A stretch of 64,000 nucleotides of DNA from an uncultured delta proteobacterium (GTDB lineage: Bacteria > Desulfobacterota > Binatia > UBA9968): positions 430,723 through 494,722 of the forward strand of contig CAWFJP010000029.1 of assembly GCA_963816145.1 (NCBI GenBank), written 5' to 3'. The notes beneath the pieces were generated by a model, which worked only from the letters and a program-made list of their open reading frames with translations, was not told the origin of the DNA and searched no databases. The position numbers were made by a program, and so were the translations under genes. Of this stretch, positions 18,512 through 27,472 are shown piece by piece (the first letter of the stretch is position 1; each line of letters starts with the position of its first letter).

Positions 18512-19781
18512 TTATTTTTTTAGATCAGCCAGCCGTCGCTCCAAAAAGCGCCGCTCCGGTCCCTGTTGGGTGAGGCTTAGGGCTCGTTGGTAGGCGGCGC
18601 GGGCTTCAGTGGCCCGTCCCAAGCGGCGACAGAGGTCGGCCCGGGCTGCATGAGCCAGGTGGTACCCCTCGAGATCACCGCGCGCAAGTATGGTATCGAT
18701 CAGGCTAAGGCCCGCCTCGGGCCCGTCGCGCATGGCCACCGCCACCGCCCGATTCAATTCGATCACAGGCGAGGGCTCCGCCTGCAGCAGGAGGTCGTAC
18801 AGCCCGACGATTTGCACCCAATCCGTAGCCCCGGCGCTAGGGGCATTGGCGTGCACGGCGGCGATGGCCCCTTGGATGGAGTAGGGGCCGACTTCGCTGG
18901 CGGCCAGGGCGCGTTGCACCAGAGCGGTGCCTTCGCGGATGGCATCGCGGTCTCCACGGTCTACGGTCTTGTTCCTCCAGCAGCACCAGGTCGCCGGTAC
19001 TGGACATGCGCGCCGCGCGCCGCGAGTCCTGCAGCAGCATCAGTCCCAGAAGTCCAGCGACATCCGGTTCGGGGAGTAAGTTCAAGAGCAGCCGTCCGAG
19101 GCTAATCGCCTCGCTGGATAGGTCATGGCGCGTGATTGCCGCGCCGGATGACGCAGCGTAGCCCTCGTTGAAAACCAGATAAACGACCCGTAGTACGGCG
19201 TCCAAGCGATCGGGTAGATCAGCACGCGCCGGCACCTGGTAGGGAATGCGCGCGTTGCGGATCTTCGCTTTGGCGCGGACGATGCGCTGCGCCAATGTCG
19301 GTGCCGCGGTCAGGAAGGCACGAGCGATTTCTTCCGTGGTGAGGCCACATACCTCGCGCAAGGTGAGCGCCACTTGAGTGTCTAGCGCCAGCGCTGGATG
19401 ACAGCAGGTAAAGATCAGCCGCAGCCGGTCATCTTCCACGCTCGAATGGTCGGTCGCATCTAGATCCTCAGCGTCTGTTGTAAGCCGCTCGGCAATGTTA
19501 TCTGGCAGGGGATCGAGGCGGGACTGTTTACGGATCGCGTCGATGGCTTTGAAGCGCCCCGTCGATATCAGCCAAGCCCGCGGCTTAGCCGGCACGCCAT
19601 CGCGCGGCCACTGCTCAAGTGCCGCTTTAAAGGCTTCGTGCAGCGCTTCTTCGGCGAGATCGAAGTCGCCGAGCAAACGAATCAGAGTGGCAAGAACCGA
19701 GCGCGATTCGGTACGATAGATGGTCTCGACCGCTTCGTGTGGCTGCTGGGTAGTGCTCGCTTGAGTATCGCGCCGGTTCAC
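18512..19781 (-). CDS. ECF42-type sigma factor with C-terminal TPR extension; one frameshift near 18953
   Basis: DFDLAEEAL, DDRLRLIFTCCHPAL, AQRIVRAK and YLVFNEGY in one frame; GPYSIQGAIAAVH, LNRAVAVA and ERRFLERR in the next frame; GGAGG before GTG 19781. Confidence 0.88.
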
Positions 19782-19967
19782 GATTCCCGTACCTCCCATG
19801 ATACGGCTACGGATTCCCCAAACTAGATTGTACATGAATCAGCCTCTGTGTTTAGCCCGGCAAGTGAAAAAATTGCTCACGGTTTGGGGCCCAACCCGTG
19901 GTCAAGCTTTGGCTTAGATATAGTGTTAACGGCCTGCTATGATCGGGGCCACGAAAGGGCAATTATC

Positions 19968-20972
19968 ATGACGCATAAAGTTACGTTGATTCCGGGCGAT
20001 GGGATCGGTCCCGAGGTAGTCAAGCCGGCACTGGAAGTCATCAAAGCCGCCGGCGCAAAAATTGATTGGGACTCCCATCTGGCCGGCACAGAGGCTTTGA
20101 AAAAACATGGGACGACCATCCCGCGGGCGCTGATGGATTCGTTCAACAAGACCAAGATCGCTCTCAAAGGGCCGGTGACGACGCCGGTGGGCGAAGGATT
20201 TAGCAGCGTCAATGTCGAGCTGCGCCAGACTTTCGATCTCTATGCCAATCTGCGGCCGATCAAGAATTTGCCCGGGGTCAAAGCGCGTTATCAAGACGTC
20301 GACTTGGTGGTCGTGCGCGAGAATACCGAAGGGCTGTATTCCGGCATCGAACATGAAGTCGTCCCGGGCGTCATGGAGAGCTTGAAGATCATCACCGAGA
20401 AGGCTTCGACGCGTATAGCCAAATTTGCCTTCGAGTACGCCAAGACGCATGGCCGAAAAAAAATCGTCGCGGTGCACAAAGCCAACATCATGAAACTCAC
20501 CGACGGTTTGTTCTTAGACTGCGCCCGCAAAATGTCGCAAAAATACAAGCGCATCGGCTTTAGCGACATCATCGTCGATAATGCCTGCATGCAGTTGGTC
20601 CTCGATCCACTCCAGTTCGATATCTTGCTGCTGGAAAACCTTTACGGCGACATCGTGTCGGACCTCGCTGCCGGTCTGGTCGGCGGATTGGGCCTGGTCG
20701 CCGGCGCCAATCTCGGCGACCACCACGCGCTTTTCGAGCCGGTGCATGGCAGCGCGCCGGATATCAAAGGGAAGGGGATCGCCAATCCGTCGGCGATGAT
20801 CACCGCCGCGGTCATGATGCTGCGCCATATCGGCGAGCGCGCCGCGGCCAATCGGATCTATGCCGCCTTGGAAAAAGTCCTGTGGCGCGGCGATTGTGTC
20901 ACGCGCGATCTCGGCGGCACAACGACGACGAAGAAATTTGCCGAGGCGATCATTAGAGAGATCGAGAGATAG
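19968..20972 (+). CDS. icd: NAD-type isocitrate dehydrogenase (IDH/IPMDH family)
   Basis: LIPGDGIGPEV, SVNVELR (isocitrate-type SxN), RENTEGLY, HKANIMK, NLYGDIVSD and EPVHGSAPDI motifs. Confidence 0.8.
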   Translation: MTHKVTLIPGDGIGPEVVKPALEVIKAAGAKIDWDSHLAGTEALKKHGTTIPRALMDSFNKTKIALKGPVTTPVGEGFSSVNVELRQTFDLYANLRPIKNLPGVKARYQDVDLVVVRENTEGLYSGIEHEVVPGVMESLKIITEKASTRIAKFAFEYAKTHGRKKIVAVHKANIMKLTDGLFLDCARKMSQKYKRIGFSDIIVDNACMQLVLDPLQFDILLLENLYGDIVSDLAAGLVGGLGLVAGANLGDHHALFEPVHGSAPDIKGKGIANPSAMITAAVMMLRHIGERAAANRIYAALEKVLWRGDCVTRDLGGTTTTKKFAEAIIREIER

Positions 20973-21217
20973 ATTCAATACAGGGGATGATGCAAGGTGT
21001 TTTTCCCCGAAAAAATTCACACGCGCCGCCGCATATCCAATATGAGTCAATTCCTCGCGGTACCCAATACTCGGCTGGTTTTACCGGACATATTCAAGTA
21101 AAAGGGCTGGAATATATCGCCGAATAGGATCGCGTTGATGGTTCGGGTTGCGTGCCTGCTCCGCACCTTCAGTAAGGGCCAATCACGGCGAATAAGTATT
21201 TCTCGAAACTATTGATC

Positions 21218-21715
21218 ATGTTTCGTTCCGTCGATCTTCCCGCAGGTGTTCCCGGTCGCTTGCTACTGCACAGCATGCCAGGACGCTACGAAGCTTTGGA
21301 GCGGGTGTGGCACCAGGTGCGCACCGATGCGGTGCGGACCATAGTCTGTTTGACCGAGCGGGATGAGCTGCACGAGAAATCCTTCGAGTACGCCCAGGCC
21401 CTGGAGCGCGGCACCGTCCCATGTTTGGTTTTGCCGTTTGAAATTCCCGATCGCGGCGCGCCGGAGGACCGTGAGGGGTTTTGGGAGTTGGCAGTCGGGG
21501 TCGCGAACCGATTGCAGTCTGGCGAAATTGTGCTGATTCACTGCGCCGGCGGCGTCGGGCGCACGGCATTGCTGGCGATCTGTGTGCTGCTGGCTCTGGG
21601 GCAGCCGGCAAGTGAGGCGCGGAGCTTAGTGTCGCGAGCCGGATCGACGGTTGAAACTGCGCCGCAAAGTAATCTTATTGCCTGGTGCGCGGCGCAAGCA
21701 ATCGTGCCGGTGTGA
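21218..21715 (+). CDS. Dual-specificity/tyrosine phosphatase family protein
   Basis: HCAGGVGRT P-loop; IPD and VET..Q motifs. Confidence 0.88.
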   Translation: MFRSVDLPAGVPGRLLLHSMPGRYEALERVWHQVRTDAVRTIVCLTERDELHEKSFEYAQALERGTVPCLVLPFEIPDRGAPEDREGFWELAVGVANRLQSGEIVLIHCAGGVGRTALLAICVLLALGQPASEARSLVSRAGSTVETAPQSNLIAWCAAQAIVPV

Positions 21716-21770
21716 GGTTCCACGCGTTGTTTACGAAATTATTCGGGTCTGGGTGAAAAGCAAGGAGATC

Positions 21771-22325
21771 ATGCAACAAGCGGATTCGATCAGGCCAAGA
21801 GTCAGCAAGCTGGAACTGTTCCTGACATTTTCGCGGATTACCCTATCGAGTTTTGGCGGTGCGCTTTTCTGGGCGCGGCTGGGAATCGTCGAAAGACGGC
21901 GTTGGCTGACCGAGCGCGAGTTTGCCGAGTTCTTGACCATCGGCCAGCTCTTGCCTGGCCCCAACGTGCTCAATCTGACGGTCTTGGTCGGCTATCGATT
22001 CGGCGGTTGGAGCGGCGCCGCGGTGTCGGTCTTGGGTTATCTTGGCTGGCCGTTTCTAGTCGTCATCGGCATGGGCATGCTGTACCAGCAGTTCGGCGCG
22101 CTGCCGCAGGTGCAGCAGGCGCTCGGCGGCATGTCCAAGGTAGCGGCGGGACTGCTGCTCGCGACGGTGATCAAGCTGGCGATGGTGCTGCCGCGCCGGT
22201 TGCGGCCTTGGCTATTTGGCCTTATTGCGTTTGTCGCCGTCGGCGTGATGCGCTGGCCGTTGATATGGGTCGTCGCGGCGCTAGGGCCTTGTGCCGTCTT
22301 CCTGGCCTGGAAAGCGAAGGATTGA
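21771..22325 (+). CDS. Short-chain chromate transporter subunit 1
   Basis: SFGG, VERRRWLTEREF and GQLLPGPN motifs; AAGGAG RBS. Confidence 0.9.
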   Translation: MQQADSIRPRVSKLELFLTFSRITLSSFGGALFWARLGIVERRRWLTEREFAEFLTIGQLLPGPNVLNLTVLVGYRFGGWSGAAVSVLGYLGWPFLVVIGMGMLYQQFGALPQVQQALGGMSKVAAGLLLATVIKLAMVLPRRLRPWLFGLIAFVAVGVMRWPLIWVVAALGPCAVFLAWKAKD

Positions 22326-22852
22326 TGGAACGCGTCGACCTGAGCGCATTGTTCTTCCATTTCGTGGCGTTATGGTTTGTCGCGGTCGGCGGGCCATCGG
22401 CGATCTTGCCGGACATCCACCGCTACGTGGTGGACGTGCATCACTTGTTGAGCAATCGGGAGTTTGCCGAGATCTATACGTTAGCGCAGGCGGCGCCCGG
22501 ACCCAACGTCATGTACACGACGCTGATCGGCTGGTATCTCGCCGGCTGGTCGGGGGCGTTGGCGACGACTGTCTCGCTGCTAGTGCCGGCAACCACATTG
22601 ACCCTGGTCGTCGGCCATTTCATCGAGCGCTACCCCGATGCGCCGATTCTGCGCGCCATCCGCCGCGGCTTGACGCCAATCACCATCGGCTTGATGTTCT
22701 CCGGCGCGACTGTGCTCATGCGCGCCGTGAGCCATGACTGGCGCGGCTATTTGACCACGATACTCACCGCCGCCGTCGTCCTGCGCCTGACCTGCAATCC
22801 GCTGTGGTTACTCGCTGCGGGTGGATTGCTTGGCATTGCCGGGGTTTTCTGA
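22325..22852 (+). CDS. Short-chain chromate transporter subunit 2
   Basis: AVGG and LAQAAPGPN motifs; TGATG overlap with subunit 1. Confidence 0.9.
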   Translation: MERVDLSALFFHFVALWFVAVGGPSAILPDIHRYVVDVHHLLSNREFAEIYTLAQAAPGPNVMYTTLIGWYLAGWSGALATTVSLLVPATTLTLVVGHFIERYPDAPILRAIRRGLTPITIGLMFSGATVLMRAVSHDWRGYLTTILTAAVVLRLTCNPLWLLAAGGLLGIAGVF

Positions 22853-22880
22853 GACGTGATCGAATCGAATTGAATTACCG

Positions 22881-22916
22881 CTGGAACCATTGGAACAGCT
22901 GGAACCGATGGAACCA
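22881..22916. repeat. 9-bp tandem repeat TGGAACNNN x4 (single arm)
   Basis: ctggaacca ttggaacag ctggaaccg atggaacca, between convergent genes. Confidence 0.75.
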
Positions 22917-22922
22917 CTGCTA

Positions 22923-23490
22923 TCAACGACCGCCGAGTAGTTTCTCGATCTGTGGCGATGAGCCGGCGATCTTCCGGGTCGACTGCGCTTTCGAAGGCGG
23001 CGATCTGCTGGCCTGATTTGTCGACGAGATATTTGTGGAAATTCCACTTTGGCGGGTGTCCAGTGCGGGTCGCGAGTTGGCGATAGAGCGGGTTGGCATT
23101 GGCGCCAACCACCGCGGTCTTGGCGAAGACTGGAAAGGTGATGCCGTAATTGACCTGGCAGAACTGGGCGATCTGCTGGTTCGATCCCGGCTCCTGGCCG
23201 CCGAAATCGTTGGCCGGAAAGCCCAGCACGACGAAGCCTTTGTCGCGATAACGGCGATAGAGTTTTTCCAAACCGTCATATTGCGGCGTGTAGCCACACT
23301 CGCTGGCAGTGTTGACGATCAATACGACTTTGCCGCGGAATTGGCAGAGAGATATTGGTTCGTCCATCAAGTTGGCGACTTTATGATCGAGGATCGGCGG
23401 GCAGGGGGACTCGGCCGAGCTGCTTGGTGTGGCGATGCCAAGTGACGTGATAACGGCTAAGGCAAATAGATATATCGATCGCCTGAACAT
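22923..23490 (-). CDS. Cys-type glutathione peroxidase with signal peptide; C-terminal frameshift near 22953
   Basis: VNTASECGYTPQY, FPANDFGGQEPG and WNFHKYL motifs; the expected tail QIEKLLGGR* is in the adjacent frame. Confidence 0.88.
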
Positions 23491-23665
23491 TGTTTCCCTC
23501 CAGCGTGAAATGCGACATTGTAAACCTAGGCGAGTCAATCGGAGATTACAAGTTGGTACATTCAGCTCACACATTGTCAGTCAGATGGGTCCGTCCGCCG
23601 TTCCACGGCCGCCGACGCGTTTTGACTGTTGGGCGGCAGGAATTCAATAATCATTCAGTGCTTCT

Positions 23666-24832
23666 ATGACGGAAAACAACACTCGGCAAAATCCTGGCCC
23701 CGAGACCGGCTACACCTATGTTCGCGCACAAGCTCTACTGGACAAAGTCAGCCAACGCATCGACGACGCCGCTAGAATCGCCGTGGATACCGAAGCCGAC
23801 AGTCTGCACAACTACTTCGAAAAAGTCTGTTTGATCCAGCTCTCGATCGATGGCGAACATTACTTGGTCGATCCCCTGGCGGGATTGGAGTTGAGTGGAT
23901 TTCTCGCATCCCTGGCGGTAAAGCCGTTGATTTTTCACGCCGGCGACTACGATCTGCGCATACTACGGGCCTCGACGGGCTTCCGGCCAAGTGGTGAAAT
24001 TTTCGACACCATGATCGCGGCTCAACTGCTGGGCATCGAACAGATCGGTCTAGCGGCGGTGATCAAGCGCAATTTTGCGATGACGATTGGCAAGGAAGGG
24101 CAGAAGTCGGACTGGTCGCAACGGCCGTTGAGCGAAAAGCAATTGCAATACGCGGTCAACGATACGCGCTATCTCGAGTCGCTGGCCGACCGGCTGACGG
24201 ATGAGTTGGAGGCGAAGGGGCGCCTCCAATGGCATCGCGAGAGTTGCCGAGCGATGGTGCAGGCGAGCGGTCGCGATAATCCCCGCGATCCGGAGGATGC
24301 TTGGCGCCTCAAGGGCGCGGGCCGGCTGACTCGGCGGCAGTTGGCCTACCTGCGCGAGGTCTGGCGCTGGCGCGATGGGCATGCCCGGCGCTTCAATCGG
24401 CCGCCGTTCAAGATTTTTGGTAATCAACAGATATTCGAGCTCATTCAATGGGTGGAGTCGCATCCCAACGAGCCGCTCGACAAAGGTCCCAAGTTGCCGC
24501 GTAATATTCAAGGCGCGCTGCTGACGACTCTCGTAGACGCGGTTGCGCGGGCGGCGGCGCTGTCGCCTGCGGATTGGCCGGAAACGAAAAAGCATGAGCG
24601 CGGCGAATCCGCCAGCGCCGAGTCGGTCGCAAGGGCCGACGCGTTGCGCAGCGCCTGCGCTGATCTCGCCAAGGTCTTGGAAATATCCCCGTCGGTGCTG
24701 GCGCCGCGAGCGGCGCTCGAAGCGATCGCGCGGCGCCAAACACGGGGTATCGAGGAAATCATGGAGCGCGGTGGCCTCTTGCGCTGGCAAGCGGAGATAA
24801 TTCAAGGTGTGGTAGAGAAATGTCTCGGATGA
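23666..24832 (+). CDS. rnd: Ribonuclease D (3'-5' exonuclease plus HRDC)
   Basis: AVDTE, CLIQL, FHAGDYD, FDTMIAAQLLG, SDWSQRPLS and YAVND motifs. Confidence 0.92.
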   Translation: MTENNTRQNPGPETGYTYVRAQALLDKVSQRIDDAARIAVDTEADSLHNYFEKVCLIQLSIDGEHYLVDPLAGLELSGFLASLAVKPLIFHAGDYDLRILRASTGFRPSGEIFDTMIAAQLLGIEQIGLAAVIKRNFAMTIGKEGQKSDWSQRPLSEKQLQYAVNDTRYLESLADRLTDELEAKGRLQWHRESCRAMVQASGRDNPRDPEDAWRLKGAGRLTRRQLAYLREVWRWRDGHARRFNRPPFKIFGNQQIFELIQWVESHPNEPLDKGPKLPRNIQGALLTTLVDAVARAAALSPADWPETKKHERGESASAESVARADALRSACADLAKVLEISPSVLAPRAALEAIARRQTRGIEEIMERGGLLRWQAEIIQGVVEKCLG

Positions 24833-24883
24833 CAATGTTTTGAACGACTCTGTATTCTAATCTCGCTGCGGTTCGGGGGACAT

Positions 24884-26344
24884 ATGACTCGGAGTGGTGA
24901 CGATTTCCTGCGCGGCCTGCGCGATGGCAGGGCGGTATATTTGAATGGCGAGAGGGTGGCCGACGTGGCGGCTCACCCGGCGTTTGCTGCTGGCATCCGC
25001 ACGGTGGCAGGGCTTTTCGACCTGGCGCATGATCCGGCCAACCGTGAACTGATGACTTACCCTTCACCGCGCGACGGCCGCCCAATCAATAAGGCTTGGA
25101 TGGTGCCGCGCACGCGCGAAGACTTGGTAGCGCGAAGAAAAGCGATCAAGTCCTGGGCCGACGCGAGTTTCGGATTTCTCGGTCGCTCGCCGGATCACGT
25201 CGCATCGTTTTTCGCCGGCTTCGCCGGATCACCGGCATTTTACGCGCGCGAAAGGCAGCAATTTGCCGATAATCTGTTGCGCTTCGCCGCCAAGGCGGCG
25301 GATGAGGATCTTTACATCAGCTATGTCATCGTGCATCCAACCGTCGACCGGACCAAGCCGGCGCATCAGCAGGCCGAGCCATATCTTTACGCCGGCGCGG
25401 CGGCTGAGCGCGACGGCGGCATCGTCCTGCGCGGGGCGCAGATGCTCGGCACCGCCTCGGTGATGTCGGACTATGTTTTTGTAACTGTAATCTTGCCGCT
25501 CAAACCCGGCGACGAAGACTACGCGATCTCGTGTGTGGTACCCAATGGCGCCCCGGGCCTGAAGCTCTACCCGCGCCGGCCCTATGCCCTCGGCGCCACC
25601 AGCGTCTTCGATTATCCGTTATCGAGCCGCTTTGACGAAAGCGATTCGTTGGTGGTGTTCGACGATGTCTTTGTGCCTTGGGAAGACGTCTTTATATACA
25701 AAAATATCGAGCTGACCGCGGGCCAGTTCAGCACCACCGCGGCCCATGTGCTGGGCAATACGCAGTCGCATATCCGCTCCTGGGCCAAGCTCCAGTTTCT
25801 AGTCGGTCTGGTGAAGCGCTGCATGGACGCGAGCGGCCGCTCGGCCGCAAGCGAGATTGTCTCTCAGTTGGGCGACCTGGCGACCCGTGTGTCGATCGTC
25901 GCGGGCATGATTCTCGGCGCCGAAGCGGCGGCGGAGCCGGATCAGTTCGGCGTCATGAGACCGAAGGACTCGCTGCTCTACGCCAGCCAGGTTTACCAAC
26001 AGGCGATGTATCCTGCGCTCCTCAACCAAGTCCGCGGCCTTATGGGCGGCAGCTTGATCCAGTTGCCGGCGACAGTTGGCGAGTTTGCCGCGCCGGAGTC
26101 GGCGGCGGATATCGAGCGCTATGTACGCTGGCCTCATGCTACCGGAGAGCTGCGGGTGAAATTATTAAAGCTGTTGTGGGACGCGATCGGCTCGGAGTTC
26201 GCCTCGCGCCATCTTCAGTATGAAATGTTCTATGCCGGCGAACCGTCCGCTATCCATGGGCGCGAGTTTCGCAACTTCGACTGGGCGGCGGCGCAGGAGT
26301 TGGTCGAAAAATGTTTGGCGAGTTATAACAAGGATAGCCGCTAA
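24884..26344 (+). CDS. 4-hydroxyphenylacetate 3-monooxygenase (HpaB)-family oxygenase component
   Basis: LRDGRAVYLNGERV.DV..HPAF, GRSPDH, FDYPLSSRFDESD, FDDVFVPWE and SEFASRHLQYEMFYAG motifs. Confidence 0.9.
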   Translation: MTRSGDDFLRGLRDGRAVYLNGERVADVAAHPAFAAGIRTVAGLFDLAHDPANRELMTYPSPRDGRPINKAWMVPRTREDLVARRKAIKSWADASFGFLGRSPDHVASFFAGFAGSPAFYARERQQFADNLLRFAAKAADEDLYISYVIVHPTVDRTKPAHQQAEPYLYAGAAAERDGGIVLRGAQMLGTASVMSDYVFVTVILPLKPGDEDYAISCVVPNGAPGLKLYPRRPYALGATSVFDYPLSSRFDESDSLVVFDDVFVPWEDVFIYKNIELTAGQFSTTAAHVLGNTQSHIRSWAKLQFLVGLVKRCMDASGRSAASEIVSQLGDLATRVSIVAGMILGAEAAAEPDQFGVMRPKDSLLYASQVYQQAMYPALLNQVRGLMGGSLIQLPATVGEFAAPESAADIERYVRWPHATGELRVKLLKLLWDAIGSEFASRHLQYEMFYAGEPSAIHGREFRNFDWAAAQELVEKCLASYNKDSR

Positions 26345-26413
26345 TAAGGATAGCTTTGGCGATTCAAATCCGGGAAAAGCTTCACGGCAAAGACGCAGAG
26401 TTGCGCCCGCCAG

Positions 26414-27286
26414 TCAGTCAAACCGGAACGATGCGTCGGTGCCGCTCACCGCTCCCTTGAGCGATGGATTATTCAAAGTCCCTTTGAACTTGAGATCGTT
26501 GATGTCGTAGATGCCGTCAAAGCGCAGATGTTTCGGCGTTGCTCTTCTGAACAGCGGCAGGGCGCGGTTCACTTTTCCTAGATCGAGGTTCTTGGCGTTC
26601 AGATTCCCCTCTATGGGATAGTTGCGATAATCGCCGATTCCCGCAATCGGGCCGACGCGAATGTTGAACTTCAGATTGGGTTTGGCGGTCATCACCGCCG
26701 CGGTCAGCTGCAGCTCGACGGGCTCGTCCTCGTCGAAGTCGCTCTGTCGTAGATCGATCTGCGACAAAACGATTTCGCTATCGTTTTTCAGGTCGCGATA
26801 ACGCAATGTGCCATTGGTTATTTGCACCCCAGCGAGGGCAAATATCTGGCGATCATTGGCGCGCTGATCGCTTCGGTTGGTTCTGTTTGCCGGCGGCTTT
26901 CTTTCCCCGCCTTGAGGCTCATAGTTGTAACGGCCGTCAGCCTCGCGAATGATCGTGATCACGGGCGAATCCAGGGTGATTTTAGCGGGCTGGAGCCGGC
27001 CAAGGAACAGGGGGAAAAAGCGCAGCTTAACTTGCATATCCTTGGCCAGCACCAGGGGATTGGCGCTGTCCCCGGGGTCGCCGGCGATGGCAAGGTTTGC
27101 CATACGAAGGGCAAATGGTTGGTAACTGATCTCGATCTTGTCCGAAGTTATAGCGTGACCGAAAGCGCGGGCCAGGCGGCCGAGTAAATAGTCTTTGTTG
27201 CGCTCAACGATGGAATTGACGTTCCACGCGGCGACAATGAGCAGGCAGGTTAAGACCAGACCGGCGGCGATGATGGGTTTACGCAT
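26414..27286 (-). CDS. AsmA-family N-terminal domain protein (short)
   Basis: N-terminal TM helix; FFPLFLG, ITLDSPVITIIREADGRYNY and ITNGTLRYRD motifs. Confidence 0.75.
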   Translation of the reverse strand: MRKPIIAAGLVLTCLLIVAAWNVNSIVERNKDYLLGRLARAFGHAITSDKIEISYQPFALRMANLAIAGDPGDSANPLVLAKDMQVKLRFFPLFLGRLQPAKITLDSPVITIIREADGRYNYEPQGGERKPPANRTNRSDQRANDRQIFALAGVQITNGTLRYRDLKNDSEIVLSQIDLRQSDFDEDEPVELQLTAAVMTAKPNLKFNIRVGPIAGIGDYRNYPIEGNLNAKNLDLGKVNRALPLFRRATPKHLRFDGIYDINDLKFKGTLNNPSLKGAVSGTDASFRFD

Positions 27287-27472
27287 AGCGGGCGCAGATG
27301 TTCGATTCAATCTAAACTGATGCAAGTGAGTCGAGTTTGATACTGGGTATGTCCTCGCGCACTCAATCTTATTCCTTGCGGCTGTTTTTTCAAACACCAC
27401 CAGCAGATTTCGCTCTGGGCGAAGGGCTTGGACCGCAACGGTTCTTCAATTATGTTAAAGTTTTCTTGATCT

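Noticed and set aside
19968-20972. leuB call, given leuCD in the window
   Set aside because: Substrate loop SVNVELR and HKANIMK fit isocitrate-type enzymes rather than IPMDH.
20973-21217. 245-bp intergenic region as a possible sRNA or riboswitch
   Set aside because: No recognisable conserved motif, strong hairpin or terminator by eye.
22923-23490. Selenocysteine glutathione peroxidase
   Set aside because: The active-site codon is TGT (Cys), with no in-frame TGA.
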